NCBI GenBank assembly: GCA_963771275.1
Contig: CAVYSW010000003.1
Location: forward strand, 832,001-896,000
From: an uncultured Gemmatimonadales bacterium
GTDB lineage: Bacteria > Gemmatimonadota > Gemmatimonadetes > Gemmatimonadales > GWC2-71-9
Direction: 5' to 3'
Length of the DNA stretch: 64,000 bases
A program made the position numbers and the translations under genes. This document shows positions 38,669 through 49,743 of this stretch, piece after piece (position 1 is the stretch's first letter; each line of letters begins with the position of its first letter). The notes under the pieces were generated by a model, which ran no database searches, was not told where the DNA came from, and saw only the letters and a list, made by a program, of their open reading frames with translations.

Positions 38669-39730
38669 CTAGCGGGGCACCACCCCAACGTTCGCGATCG
38701 TCTCGCCCGCAGTCATCGACGGCACGCCACGCACAAACAGCACGATCCCGGCGACTGGCGCCCGCGCCTCGAACACCGTGCGACCCACGTAGTCCGTGAC
38801 GTAGCCCAGCATCATCCCCTCGGCGACGTACGTGCCGCGATCGACCAGCGGGTAGAAGATCCCGGTCGCCTCGCTGGCCACCGACACCACTCGCTCGATC
38901 CATACCGGATGCTCGACCGGCCGCGCGTGGCGGTCGAGCATGCCGAAATACCCCATCACGTTGAGGCAGCCGGTGATCAGCACTTCGACGTCCGCCGGCG
39001 CCACCGTGCCCACGCGGCCCGCCTCGACGGTGATCGCGGGCTTGCCGCGCGTCGCGGCGGTGTTGTCGAGGTAGCGGGAAGCGTTGGCGTCCTTGGGGCG
39101 GTCGGTCGAGATGATGACGTGGTCGAGGCCGAACGCCAGCACCATGGCGCGCGACACCGAGTCCTGCGCCGGCCGGCCGGTGGGCGACCAGTAGCTGTAC
39201 GGGCGAAGGTCCTCGTCCAGGTCCCCGCCGTGGAGGTCGATCAGGTAGTCGCTCTGCTCGACGACCTGCCGGGTGATGAGATACGAGGCGCGCTCCGTCT
39301 GGGTACCGTCGGGATTCCCCGGGTAGAAGCGGTTCATGTTCTTGCCATCCACCGGGTTCACGTGCGGCACCATCTGCTGAAACGACGCGATGTTGACGAG
39401 TGGCACGATGATCACCGTGCCGGCGAGCGCCGCCGGATCGAGCCGCCCGGCCACCCGCTCGAGCGCGACGATCGACGCGTACTCGGTGCCGTGCAGGCCC
39501 GCGACGAGCGCCAGCACCGGGCCGGGCTTCGCGCCGTTCACGACGACGACCGGGATGCTCATTCCCGAGTCCACACCCGGCGGCACGACGATGGCACCCG
39601 TGGCCACCGCGCCGCGCGCGGCGGTCGCGGAGCCGACGGTCACGCTGGCGTGCGGATCGCCACCGCGCTGCTGCGCGGCGGCGGGGACGGTGAGACCGGC
39701 GAGCATCAGGAGGAGAGAGACCGGCCGCAT
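38669..39730 (-). CDS. Succinylglutamate desuccinylase/aspartoacylase (M14) family protein
   Basis: AGLHGTE, NMNRFYPG, IDLHGG, ITVEAG. Confidence 0.88.
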   Translation of the reverse strand: MRPVSLLLMLAGLTVPAAAQQRGGDPHASVTVGSATAARGAVATGAIVVPPGVDSGMSIPVVVVNGAKPGPVLALVAGLHGTEYASIVALERVAGRLDPAALAGTVIIVPLVNIASFQQMVPHVNPVDGKNMNRFYPGNPDGTQTERASYLITRQVVEQSDYLIDLHGGDLDEDLRPYSYWSPTGRPAQDSVSRAMVLAFGLDHVIISTDRPKDANASRYLDNTAATRGKPAITVEAGRVGTVAPADVEVLITGCLNVMGYFGMLDRHARPVEHPVWIERVVSVASEATGIFYPLVDRGTYVAEGMMLGYVTDYVGRTVFEARAPVAGIVLFVRGVPSMTAGETIANVGVVPR

Positions 39731-39782
39731 GGTGCACACTCCGCTATGGGGTGGGCGAAGGTGCGGCCCGCCCGCCGCCGCG

Positions 39783-41939
39783 TCAAGGCGGCGGCTTGGT
39801 AACGGCGATCGGGCGGTGGGCGGTAAAGGACTGACCGGTCAGCAGGTCCGTCACGGTGATGAACACGCGATAGGAGCCGGCTTTCAGGCCCGGCAGCTCA
39901 AGGCGCACATGCTCGACCACGGCGCCGTCGCCACGGGGCACGCGACCCACGTCCCACTCGACCCGGTTCTCATGCCGACCCTCGATGAGCGCGCGCAGAC
40001 CTTGAATGAGCACGATCTCGTGGCGCTCATTGGCCAGCTCGGCCCGGATGCGATAGCGCGCGACGCCGGTGGAGTCGGTCCGCAACCCGTAGATCTCCCA
40101 CAGCACGCCGATCGGGGCGTCGGTGCGAAAGAGCGATGTGTGCGAAACGACCGGGGCGAGCGCGGCGCGATCGTCTCCCGCCGCGTCCTCCGCGTCGAAC
40201 CGATCCACGAGCAACAGGTCCGAGAGCGCGAGGGTGCTGTCGAACTTGCGCACATCCACGCGCTGCCGGCGCTGCGCCGCGACGTTCCAAGCCACGGCTT
40301 CGAGGCTCACAACGTAGCTCCCCGGCTCGAGCGGGACCCGGGCGTCGAGCAGCGTATCCGCATCGGTCAAGGCCCGCGTCTGCCGCAGGGCGGCCCGCGG
40401 CTCCCAGAGATCGCCGGTCACCACGAACACCCCGGTTTCGATCTGCGGGGCATCCGTGGCCCTCCGCAGCTCTTCCGTGGGAAGACCGCCGTACACCTCG
40501 AGTACGGCTCCCCCGGTGCTGTCGCGGAACACCGCAGCCTGGAAGGGGATGCCGGCCACGAACCGCGGGTACTCCGGCGCGTACACCTCCGGAACACGCT
40601 CCCGCACGTTGCGGAGGTACTCCTCGCTCATGTCCTCGTTGCGGGCCCAGCGGTAGGTGCGCTGGCGGGTGAAGACGAGATCCGGCGAACCGGCTCCATA
40701 GTCCCAGAACTCAAGAAGGCCACTCCCACGGACGACCCGGATCTGGATGGGACGCCCGTAGCGGAGCCACGCGGCTCCGCGGTCCGTCCAGCGCCCCGCG
40801 ATGCCGGACTGCGGTGTCCCGTAGGCGACATCCACGTACGCCAGGCGGGCCAGATGCTCTGCCAGCCGTTCGTTGCCGGGCGTGAGAAACAGGGGGTCGC
40901 GGGCCCGCCAGAACACGTCACCCAGGAGCGCCCGCTTCTCCTCATTGAGAGCCAGGAACGTCACGGAATCGTGAGATCGCAGCAGCTGGGCGGGCTCGAG
41001 CAGGTCATGGCGCAGGGCCGGAGTGGCGCGTTCCAGGGCGAGGGTGAAGGCCGAGTCCGCTCCCTCCTGGCGACCCGTCAGGTGGTACCCGAGGCCGAGG
41101 TAGAGGAGCACGTTGGGGTCATCGGGCCGGCGCCGCGCGAGCTGCTCCACCACCTCGGTGTATTCCTCCCAGCTATCGGCGGCTACCAGGTGCCGCATGA
41201 GCCGGAAGGCGGCGTCCGTCCGCATCGGATCGAGGCGCAATGCCTCCTTGAAGTGCAGGACCATGGACGCGTGATCGGCCTCATAGATGTCGAGGGGCTG
41301 CCAATTAGCCATCAGCTCATCGAACACGTCCGGGCAGTAGTAGTTGTACAACAGCAGATTGGCCCGCGGTAAGGAGGAGAATCGGCCCCACGCCAGCTCG
41401 GCGCTCTGCGGCCACAGGATCTGCGAGCAGCTCCCGATGCTGAAGTCGGAGTTGAGCTCTCCGAGGTGCTCGGCGTCCTCCCACCACGTCTCGTAGGCCA
41501 GCGCCATCTGGTAGTGCATCTCGGCGAGATCCTCGGGGGGAAGCACGAGGCCAGCGGTGCCCGCCCGGCCCTCCGCCATGCGCATCAGCCGCACGGCATC
41601 GGGCCGGAACCCCTGCTTGCGCAACAGCATGCCCATCTCGAGCAGCGGGCGGGGGTCGTCGTCCCGCATGCGCATGGCTTGCTCCAGGTACTTCTTGGCC
41701 TCGACGCGCTGGCGCCACCCGGTGCTGCGCTCGGTAGTCGAGCGCGCGAGTGCCTTGCCAAGGGCGAACACGAGGGGGAAGCTGTCGTGGTGGGCTTTGA
41801 CGTCGGCGCGCAGGCGGGCGAGGACGACCGCGGCGCCGGAGTCCGATTGTGCGCGCGCGGCAGGCAGAACGCAGAGCCCCAGGGCCAACGGCAGCCCGAC
41901 GACCACCAGTCCGAGCAGTGATCTCAGCACGGCCAGCAC
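39783..41939 (-). CDS. GWxTD-domain/TPR protein
   Basis: FWRARDP, NERLAEHLARL, GRWTDRGAAWLRYGRP. Confidence 0.8.
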   Translation of the reverse strand: MLAVLRSLLGLVVVGLPLALGLCVLPAARAQSDSGAAVVLARLRADVKAHHDSFPLVFALGKALARSTTERSTGWRQRVEAKKYLEQAMRMRDDDPRPLLEMGMLLRKQGFRPDAVRLMRMAEGRAGTAGLVLPPEDLAEMHYQMALAYETWWEDAEHLGELNSDFSIGSCSQILWPQSAELAWGRFSSLPRANLLLYNYYCPDVFDELMANWQPLDIYEADHASMVLHFKEALRLDPMRTDAAFRLMRHLVAADSWEEYTEVVEQLARRRPDDPNVLLYLGLGYHLTGRQEGADSAFTLALERATPALRHDLLEPAQLLRSHDSVTFLALNEEKRALLGDVFWRARDPLFLTPGNERLAEHLARLAYVDVAYGTPQSGIAGRWTDRGAAWLRYGRPIQIRVVRGSGLLEFWDYGAGSPDLVFTRQRTYRWARNEDMSEEYLRNVRERVPEVYAPEYPRFVAGIPFQAAVFRDSTGGAVLEVYGGLPTEELRRATDAPQIETGVFVVTGDLWEPRAALRQTRALTDADTLLDARVPLEPGSYVVSLEAVAWNVAAQRRQRVDVRKFDSTLALSDLLLVDRFDAEDAAGDDRAALAPVVSHTSLFRTDAPIGVLWEIYGLRTDSTGVARYRIRAELANERHEIVLIQGLRALIEGRHENRVEWDVGRVPRGDGAVVEHVRLELPGLKAGSYRVFITVTDLLTGQSFTAHRPIAVTKPPP

Positions 41940-42349
41940 CTCGCGTCGGCGCTCTGCGGTGCGTCTCCCACGTTGAGACTAGCATGAGCCGTGCCTGACC
42001 CAGCGCTGCCATCTAAGGCATAGGCGGTCAAGAGCTTACGTCGTTCTGCGTGCTCCAGGATCGGCGCGGCGGTGTCCTCCACAGAGGACTGTGGCTTGTC
42101 CCGTTTGGTCCTCGTCGCGTCACGGTCCGTGGCCGGTTTCCGGTCGGCGGTGAGGCAGGCGCCTATCCCGGTGCCCAGGTCGTGGCGCCCGCCAGCAGCT
42201 ACGTGTAGCTTCGCGCTCTCGGTCTCGTTCCCTTCGCAGCCGGAGACTCCCATGAGACGCTACCCCGATAGTCGTCATCGCCGTTCTTCGCGCTCACCGC
42301 CTGCGCCGGCGGCCAGCCGCGCCTCACGCCTGGAGAGGGCTACGTCGAG

Positions 42350-43198
42350 ATGCCGGGCGGGCGGGTGTGGTACCGGGTGGTGGGCACGGGCCCCGGCACG
42401 CCGCTCGTGCTGCTCCACGGCGGACCCGGCGCGCCGAGCTACTACCTCGATCCGCTCGCGGCCTTGGGCGACGACCGCCCGGTCGTGTTCTACGATCAGC
42501 TCGGCGCCGGCCGCTCGGACCGCATCACCGACACGACGCTCATGACGGTGGCGCACTACGTGGCGGAGCTGGACAGCCTGCGCCGTGCCCTCAAGCTCGG
42601 GCAGTTCCATCTGCTCGGGCACTCGTGGGGCACGATGCTCGGCGCCGAGTACGCGCTCGCGCACCCCGATGCCGTGAAGAGCCTCATCCTCGCGAGCCCG
42701 GCCCTCAGCACGGCGCGCTGGCTGGCCGACGCCGACACCCTGCTCGCCACCCTGCCCGATTCGTTGCAGCGGATCATCGCCCGGCACGAGGCGGACGGCA
42801 CGTTCGACGCCCCGGAGTACCAGGACGCCGTGATGGCGTTCTATCATCAGTATCTCTCGCGCCGCGATCCGTGGACGCCGGAGACCGACACCACATTCGC
42901 GCAGCTCGGCATGGCGGTGTACGGCTACATGTGGGGGCCGAGCGAGTTCACCGCGACCGGGACGCTCAAGGAGTTCGACGTGACGGACTCGGTGGGGATG
43001 ATCCGCGTGCCCACGTTGTTCACGACGGGCGAATACGACGAGGCGCGGCCGGTGACCGTGCGGTACTACGCAAGCCTGATCCCGGGCGCCGAGGTCATCG
43101 TCATCCCGCGCGCGGCACACCTCACGATGCAGGATAGTCCAGAAGAGAACATCCGGATTGTGCGGCAGTTCCTGCGAAGGGTGGACGCGACAAAGTAG
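42350..43198 (+). CDS. Proline iminopeptidase-family alpha/beta hydrolase (signal region from ~42252 appears frameshifted)
   Basis: LLHGGPG, YDQLGAGRS, GHSWG, GEYDE. Confidence 0.85.
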   Translation: MPGGRVWYRVVGTGPGTPLVLLHGGPGAPSYYLDPLAALGDDRPVVFYDQLGAGRSDRITDTTLMTVAHYVAELDSLRRALKLGQFHLLGHSWGTMLGAEYALAHPDAVKSLILASPALSTARWLADADTLLATLPDSLQRIIARHEADGTFDAPEYQDAVMAFYHQYLSRRDPWTPETDTTFAQLGMAVYGYMWGPSEFTATGTLKEFDVTDSVGMIRVPTLFTTGEYDEARPVTVRYYASLIPGAEVIVIPRAAHLTMQDSPEENIRIVRQFLRRVDATK

Positions 43199-43270
43199 GC
43201 GCCCGCGGCGTCGCAGCATGCCGCTGAAGCGGCCACTCGGCGCGACCTGCCCGTGAGACGGGCGGCGCGC

Positions 43271-44926
43271 CTACCCCAGCGCGATCTCCAGCTTCGTCAC
43301 CGACGCGGGCGGGAACGTGTACAGGAGCGGTGCACCACGAACGGCGACGTCCGCCTGACGTGGCGTGATCGCGTCCGGCCGCTCGAACGTGTTGACGTCG
43401 TGCGGGTCACGCGCGGTGAGACTGGTGGCGCGCACCGTCCGCACCGTCGCGCCGCGCACGGCGATCTCCGTCTCGCGCGGCTCCGTGAGGTGCGGGTTCG
43501 TCACCGTGAGCGTGAGCCGCCGGTCCGCCAGCGAGGCCGAGCCGTTCAGGCCCCAGATCTCCCGCGCGGCCTTCTCCGCGTTGGTCCAGCGCACCCTGGC
43601 GGCTGAGAAGACAGCGCGCACGGCCTGCGCGGCCTGATGGGGCGCGTACATCGCGAACACGTGATAGCTCGGCGTCCGGACGAACCGGTCGCCGTCGGCC
43701 AGGAACAGCGAGTGGATACAGTTCACCAGCTGGGCGAGGTTGGCCATCGCCACCTTGTCGGCGTGCCGGTTGAACGTGTCGAGCGTGAGCGCCGCGACCA
43801 GCGCGTCACGGATGGTGGACTGCTGGCCGAACAGATGCTCCGGCGCCACGTTGGTCGTCATCTTGTGCCACGCGCCCCACTCGTCCACCACGAGCGTGAC
43901 CCGGTGCTCCCTATCCACCTCGCGCATCACCTGCCAGTGGTCGGTGATCAGCCCCTCCATGCGGTCGGCGCTCGCCAGCAGATCGTACCAGTCGGTGTCG
44001 GAGTACTTCACGGCCTCGCCGCCGGCGCTGCAGTAGTGGTGCAGCGCCCAGCCCCACATTGAGCCCACGGCATTCCGCTCCCGGAGCGCGCGGAAGAAGC
44101 GGCGCGTCCAGTCCACGTCGCCGCCGCTCGGACCGGCGCCGATGAACGACAGCGGCTGCCCGTAGCTCGGCACCGCCCACGTCGAGAAGCGCCGGAACTC
44201 GGCGGCGTATTCCTCCGGGGTGAAGTCGCCGCCGCAGCCCCACGACTCGTTGCCCACGCCCCAGTAGCGGATGCCGAGCGGCTCCTTCTCCCCACCGGCC
44301 ACGCGCACGTCGGACCACGTCGTGCTCCCCGCCGGCGAGTTGCAGTACTCGATCCACTGGTGGAACACGCTGGCGGGGAGCGTGCGGACGTTGGCCGCGA
44401 GGTAGGGCTCGGCGCCGATCAGCCGGCAGAACCGCGCGAACTCGTTCGTCCCGAACGCGTTCGGGTCGAACCGCTGGGGGATGTTCCCCAGGTCGCGGAT
44501 CTCGCGGCTGTCGGCCCAGGTGTTGGTGCGGCGGGGCCGTCGCTCGCGCGGGCCGACGCCGTCCCGCCAGTCGTACCAGTCGGCAAAGCAGCCGCCCGGC
44601 CAGCGCATCACGGCGGGGCGGATCGCCCGCAGGGCGTCGACCAGCTCGCGGCGGATGCCGCCGACGTTGGGTATCGGCGAGTCCTCACCCACCCACACGC
44701 CGTCGTAGATCACCCCACCCAGGTGCTCGATGAAGTGGCCGTAGATCTCGGGCGCGATCGTGCCGATCGGCTCGCCCGGCAGCACCTCGATGCGCGCGTC
44801 GGCGGTACCCGGGCCGGTGCGCCGGTGCGGAATCGGCCACCTGCCCAGGCCAGCCGGCGCGCCCACGGTCGCGAGGCCGCCCGCGGCCAGGACGCGGAGC
44901 ACGTCACGCCGATCCCAGGATCGCAT
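43271..44926 (-). CDS. GH51 alpha-L-arabinofuranosidase with Tat signal
   Basis: DRRDVL, YGHFIEHLG, RWPGGCFAD, GVGNESWGCGG, VDEWG. Confidence 0.9.
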   Translation of the reverse strand: MRSWDRRDVLRVLAAGGLATVGAPAGLGRWPIPHRRTGPGTADARIEVLPGEPIGTIAPEIYGHFIEHLGGVIYDGVWVGEDSPIPNVGGIRRELVDALRAIRPAVMRWPGGCFADWYDWRDGVGPRERRPRRTNTWADSREIRDLGNIPQRFDPNAFGTNEFARFCRLIGAEPYLAANVRTLPASVFHQWIEYCNSPAGSTTWSDVRVAGGEKEPLGIRYWGVGNESWGCGGDFTPEEYAAEFRRFSTWAVPSYGQPLSFIGAGPSGGDVDWTRRFFRALRERNAVGSMWGWALHHYCSAGGEAVKYSDTDWYDLLASADRMEGLITDHWQVMREVDREHRVTLVVDEWGAWHKMTTNVAPEHLFGQQSTIRDALVAALTLDTFNRHADKVAMANLAQLVNCIHSLFLADGDRFVRTPSYHVFAMYAPHQAAQAVRAVFSAARVRWTNAEKAAREIWGLNGSASLADRRLTLTVTNPHLTEPRETEIAVRGATVRTVRATSLTARDPHDVNTFERPDAITPRQADVAVRGAPLLYTFPPASVTKLEIALG

Positions 44927-44937
44927 GCGCTCCTCCC

Positions 44938-46701
44938 TCACCCTCGGAAGTAGAGGTAGGCGAGCAGGATCAGGAGCAGCACGGCCCCGGAGCTGATCAC
45001 GTCGCCGCGCGACCAGCTGCCGCGCGATTCGCGGCGGTGCGTGTCGGTGATGGTGCCGTACGTCAGGCCCGCGATCCGCTCGTAGGCCGGAGCCGCCGTG
45101 AGGTAGCTGACACCCACCATGACGGCGACCGACACGAGGAAGATGAACAGGCTGTAGTACTGGAAGTAGACGTTGTTGACGATCCAGAGGAACGACCCGG
45201 GCGCGTAGCCATCGGCGAAGCCTGGGAGGTGGAGGCTCACCGGCGTGTCCACCGCGAGGCGGAACACGCCGAGCACGAACCCCACCACGAGCGCCGCGAG
45301 ACACCCCTTGGCGTTCAGCCGTTTGTGGAACACGCCGAGGAAGAACACCGTGAAGATCGGCGGCGCGAGATAAGCCTGCACGCCCTGGAGATACTCGTAC
45401 AGTCCCCGCGCCCCTTGAATCACGGGAATCCAGGCCAGCCCGATCAGCACCATGACGGTCGTCGCGACTCGCCCGATCCACACCAGTTGATGCTGGCTCG
45501 CACCGGGCCGGATCTTCTGATAGAAGTCCATCGTGAACAGCGTGGAGCTGGCATTGAACACGCCCGCGAGCGAGCTCATCAGCGCGGCGAGCAGTCCCGC
45601 GACCACGATGCCGCGGAGGCCCACCGGCAGGACGTACTTGACCATCATAGGAAACGCGGCCTGCGCCACGAGCGGGACGGCATTGCCGTCCGGTCCCACC
45701 ATGGACTGCAGCGCCGGCACCTTGCCCGACTTGGCGAGCGCCAGCGCGATCATGCCGGGGATGATGAAGATGAACACCGGCAGGAGCTTCAAGGCCGACG
45801 CGAAGATGCTGCCGCGCCGGGCCTCACGCTCATTCGGCGCGCCGAGCGCGCGCTGCACGATGTACTGGTCGGTGCACCAGTACCACAGGCCGATGATCGG
45901 GGCGCAGAACAGCATGCCCAGCCACGGGTAGTTGGTGTTGAAGTACCACGCGACCCGGCCCGCTTCCTTGACCGGCGCCCAGGTGCCCGCCATCCCCGCG
46001 GGGACGAGCGGCTTCCAGAGGTTGAACATGTCGGGGTCGAGCACGGCACGCAGCTCGCTCCAGCCGCCCAGCTTGGCCAGGCCAAACAACGTCAGCACGG
46101 CGGACCCGACGACGAGAATCAGGGTCTGCAGCGCCTCGGTGTACGCCACCGCGCGCATGCCGCCGAGCACCGTGTAGAGGCCGGTGAGCAGCACAACGGC
46201 CATCGAGCCGATCCAGAAGGCGTTGAGCGTGACCGACCCGATGCGCAGCATCATCTCGGGCAGCAGCGTGGCGAACACGATGCCGCCGGCGAAGATCCCG
46301 ACGGCGATCTTGGTGAGGACATAGGCCACCAGCGAGATGATCGACAGCACCCAGCGCGCCGTGGGCGAGAACCGCTTCTCGAGGAACTCCGGCATGGTGT
46401 AGACCATGGACCGGGCGTAGAACGGCACGAACACCCACCCGAGCACCAGCAGGCACCACGCGTGCAGCTCATAGTGCGCCAGGGCCACGCCGCTCGTGGC
46501 GCCCGCGCCGGCGAGCCCCACCAGGTGCTCGGACCCGATGTTGGACGCGAAGATCGACGCGCCGACGATGAACCAGCCGAGGTTGCGGCTGGCGAGGAAG
46601 TAGTCGGCGGCGGTGTCCTTGTTGCGTTTGAACACCCACCAGGCCAGCCCCATGAGGCCGACGAAGTACGCGAGGATGATGAGCCAGTCGAGCGCCGCCA
46701 T
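44938..46701 (-). CDS. Sodium:solute (sugar) symporter
   Basis: ASNIGSEHLVGLAG, WYWCTDQYIVQRAL, LAALMSSL. Confidence 0.92.
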   Translation of the reverse strand: MAALDWLIILAYFVGLMGLAWWVFKRNKDTAADYFLASRNLGWFIVGASIFASNIGSEHLVGLAGAGATSGVALAHYELHAWCLLVLGWVFVPFYARSMVYTMPEFLEKRFSPTARWVLSIISLVAYVLTKIAVGIFAGGIVFATLLPEMMLRIGSVTLNAFWIGSMAVVLLTGLYTVLGGMRAVAYTEALQTLILVVGSAVLTLFGLAKLGGWSELRAVLDPDMFNLWKPLVPAGMAGTWAPVKEAGRVAWYFNTNYPWLGMLFCAPIIGLWYWCTDQYIVQRALGAPNEREARRGSIFASALKLLPVFIFIIPGMIALALAKSGKVPALQSMVGPDGNAVPLVAQAAFPMMVKYVLPVGLRGIVVAGLLAALMSSLAGVFNASSTLFTMDFYQKIRPGASQHQLVWIGRVATTVMVLIGLAWIPVIQGARGLYEYLQGVQAYLAPPIFTVFFLGVFHKRLNAKGCLAALVVGFVLGVFRLAVDTPVSLHLPGFADGYAPGSFLWIVNNVYFQYYSLFIFLVSVAVMVGVSYLTAAPAYERIAGLTYGTITDTHRRESRGSWSRGDVISSGAVLLLILLAYLYFRG

Positions 46702-46889
46702 GATGCTCCTCGATGGTCGTGGAGTCGCGCCGCTGCACCGGGCGCCGGGCCGGGTAGAGAGCCTACACGCAAGCCTCTCCGTGTCAATCGAGGCGGGGCG
46801 CTTCCCCGGCCGTCAGCCCGTGCTGTCGGCTTGCGGGAGGGACGCGCGGCATGGCACCTTTGCCCCGACGCCGGAGGGAGAACGTCGAC

Positions 46890-48023
46890 ATGACACGGTT
46901 CGCCAAGGACCAGATTGGCTACGCGCTCGCCCGGAAGACGCCGCTGGCGCGGGCCGAGGCGATCGAGTTCCTGAAGACGCTGGACATCCGGATGAGCGTG
47001 GGACACTGGTCGGCGGGCGAGTTCTTCGACCGGTTCGCCCCGTTGGGCTATCACTCCGACGATCCCACGTTCACGAGCGACTTCGCAGCGCAGTGCCGCC
47101 GCACCAAGGCGGCCGGGATCGACGCGATCGAGATCCACCAGCACGTGTTCGAGAAGACGCTGAACGGCGAGATCGACTGGCCGGCGGTCGAGCGGGCCAA
47201 AGGGGGCTACCTCGCCGAATTGGGGATGACGATCCCCGCGTGCAACATCAACACGTGGACCAACCCCAAGTTCCGCCTCGGGGGACCGTGCAATCCGGAC
47301 CCGGGCGTACGGCGCGCCGCGCTGGACGAGATCCTGAAGGCGGTGGAGATCTGCCAGGCGCTGGAGATCCCCGTGCTCAGCGTCTGGCCGGGATCCGACG
47401 GCGCCGACTACCACTTCCAGATCGACTACCGCCAGTCGCTCGAGTGGTTCACCGAGGCCCTGGTGGCAGCCAACACGGCCTGCCTCGCGGCCGGCATCAG
47501 GCTCGCGATCGAGCCCAAGCCCTACGAGCCGCGCGAGCTGTACATGATCATCCCGACCGCGGCATCAGCGGTCCTCGTGGCGCAGCGCGTCAACGCGACG
47601 TGCGGCGGAACGAATTGCGGGCTCACCGTGGATTACGGGCACCAGAAGATGGAGGGGACCACCGCGTCGACCGCGTGCGATCTCGCCGCGTACGCCCGCG
47701 TGCCGATCCACAAGTTCGACATCAACGACGCGCGGCAGGGGCGGAACGACCAGGACTGCATCTTCGGGACGATCTCCATCCCCGAGGCGGTGGAGTACCT
47801 GTTCACCACATTCCTGCGCGGCTACCGCGGCTACTACAGCCAGGACCAGTTCACCTACCGGGACGACCCGACGCGCGCGATGGAGCGGAGCATGGTGAAT
47901 TTCGCCAACCTGGCGCTCAAGGCGGTGCGGGTCTACGCGAAGCGCGACGAGCTCGACCGCGCGCGGACCGCGGGCACCGGCCCGGACGTGCTCGATCTCG
48001 TGAGCCCGATCCTGCTGGGGTAG
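46890..48023 (+). CDS. Xylose isomerase-like TIM-barrel sugar isomerase
   Basis: VWPGSDG, AIEPKPYEPR, DYGH, FDIND, NDQD. Confidence 0.8.
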   Translation: MTRFAKDQIGYALARKTPLARAEAIEFLKTLDIRMSVGHWSAGEFFDRFAPLGYHSDDPTFTSDFAAQCRRTKAAGIDAIEIHQHVFEKTLNGEIDWPAVERAKGGYLAELGMTIPACNINTWTNPKFRLGGPCNPDPGVRRAALDEILKAVEICQALEIPVLSVWPGSDGADYHFQIDYRQSLEWFTEALVAANTACLAAGIRLAIEPKPYEPRELYMIIPTAASAVLVAQRVNATCGGTNCGLTVDYGHQKMEGTTASTACDLAAYARVPIHKFDINDARQGRNDQDCIFGTISIPEAVEYLFTTFLRGYRGYYSQDQFTYRDDPTRAMERSMVNFANLALKAVRVYAKRDELDRARTAGTGPDVLDLVSPILLG

Positions 48024-48026
48024 TAC

Positions 48027-49721
48027 ATGACCCGCGCGTTCACGATCGGGGTCGATTTCGGGACCAGCTCGGTGCGGGCGGTCGTGGTCGACTGCGCCGA
48101 CGGCCGGACCCTGGGGACGGACGCGTTCGACTATCCCTCCGGCGAGCGTGGCGTGCTGCTGGACCCGCGGGATCCGCACCTGGCGCGGCAGCACCCGGGC
48201 GACTACGTGGCCGGCCTCGAGGCGTCGGTACGGGGCGCGCTCGCCGCCGCTCAAGCCGAGCGCGGGTTCTCGCGCGAGCGGGTGATCGGGATCGGCGTGG
48301 ACACCACCGGCTCGACCCCGATCCCCGTGGACGCCGCCGGCCGGCCGCTCGCGCTCGATCCGCGGTGGCGCGGCAACCTCGCCGCGCAGGCGTGGCTCTG
48401 GAAGGATCACACCGGCGCCGAAGAGGCGGCCGCGATCACGGAAACGGCGCGCCGCCACGCCCCCCAGTACCTGGCGCCGATCGGCGGGACGTACTCGTCG
48501 GAGTGGTTCTGGTCCAAGATCTGGCACTGTCTCAAGGTGGCGCCCGACGTGTTCGCGGCGGCCGACAGCTGGGTGGAGCTGGCCGACTACGTGCCCGCGC
48601 TGCTGGCCGGCGTGACGAGCGCCCGCGCGATCGCGCGCTGCGTGTGCGCCGCGGGGCACAAGGCGATGTACTCGGAGGCGTGGGGCGGGCTTCCCTCCGC
48701 GGAGTTTCTGGCACGGCTGGACCCGCGCCTGGCAGAGCTGCGCGGGCGGCTGTACGACAAGGCGCATCCGGCCGATCGGCCGGCGGGGCAGCTCGCCGCG
48801 CCGTGGGCGGCCGCGTTCGGCGTGCGCGTCGGAATCCCGGTGGCCATGGGCGGGTTCGACGCGCACTACGGCGCGGTGGGGGCCGGCGTGCGGCCGGGCA
48901 CGTTCGTCAAGATCATCGGGACCTCCACCTGCGACTGCGCGGTCGCGCCGATGGGCGTCGTGGTGCGCGACATCCCGGGTATCTGCGGGATCGTCGACGG
49001 CTCCATCATGCCGGGCTGCCACGGCATCGAGGCCGGCCAGTCCGCCGTGGGGGATCTGCTCGCCTGGTGGGTGGAAGCAGTCTGTCAGGGGGACGAGGCG
49101 CTCCACACGAGACTCTCCGCGGACGCCGCGCGGCTCCGGCCGGGCGAGAGCGGGCTCGTGGCGCTCGACTGGAACAACGGCAACCGCACGATCCTGGTGG
49201 ACCCGCGGCTCACGGGACTGCTCGTCGGGCAGACGCTGCACACGTCCCGCGCGGAGGTGTACCGCGCGCTGATCGAGGCCACCGCCTTCGGCGCGCGCAC
49301 CATCGTCGAGCGGCTCGAGGAGTACGGCGTGCCAATCGAGCGCGTGGTGTGCTGCGGTGGGATTGCCGAGAAGAACGACCTGTTCATGCAGGTGTACGCC
49401 GACGTGCTCGGCCACCCCATGCTGCTCGCGGGCTCCGCCCAGACGCCCGCCCTGGGCGCGGCGATCTCGGCGGCGGTGGCGGCCGGCACCGCCGCAGGCG
49501 GCTACGACGGGTTCGAAGCCGCGCAGCGCCACATGACGTCGCTCCAGGAGCGACGCTTTACCCCCGACACCGGCGCGCAGGCGGTGTACGACGAGCTGTA
49601 CGGGTTGTACCGCGAGCTGCACGACGCGTTCGGCGGCGTGCCGCGCGCGGGCGCGGACCTCGCGACGTTCATGAAGCGCCTCCTGGCCGTGCGTGAGCGC
49701 GCGGCAGGCGCCGGGCACTGA
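48027..49721 (+). CDS. araB: Ribulokinase
   Basis: GVDFGT, VDTTGSTP, LWKDHT, YSSEWFWSK, CAAGHKAM, LDWNNGNR. Confidence 0.92.
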   Translation: MTRAFTIGVDFGTSSVRAVVVDCADGRTLGTDAFDYPSGERGVLLDPRDPHLARQHPGDYVAGLEASVRGALAAAQAERGFSRERVIGIGVDTTGSTPIPVDAAGRPLALDPRWRGNLAAQAWLWKDHTGAEEAAAITETARRHAPQYLAPIGGTYSSEWFWSKIWHCLKVAPDVFAAADSWVELADYVPALLAGVTSARAIARCVCAAGHKAMYSEAWGGLPSAEFLARLDPRLAELRGRLYDKAHPADRPAGQLAAPWAAAFGVRVGIPVAMGGFDAHYGAVGAGVRPGTFVKIIGTSTCDCAVAPMGVVVRDIPGICGIVDGSIMPGCHGIEAGQSAVGDLLAWWVEAVCQGDEALHTRLSADAARLRPGESGLVALDWNNGNRTILVDPRLTGLLVGQTLHTSRAEVYRALIEATAFGARTIVERLEEYGVPIERVVCCGGIAEKNDLFMQVYADVLGHPMLLAGSAQTPALGAAISAAVAAGTAAGGYDGFEAAQRHMTSLQERRFTPDTGAQAVYDELYGLYRELHDAFGGVPRAGADLATFMKRLLAVRERAAGAGH

Positions 49722-49743
49722 AGGAAAGGACGGGCGGATCGCG

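Noticed and set aside
46613..49696. 1027-aa ORF and other long overlapping ORFs (e.g. 47565-49718, 57406-59565, 35454-37463)
   Set aside because: Shadow frames of GC-rich genes with clear motifs in another frame
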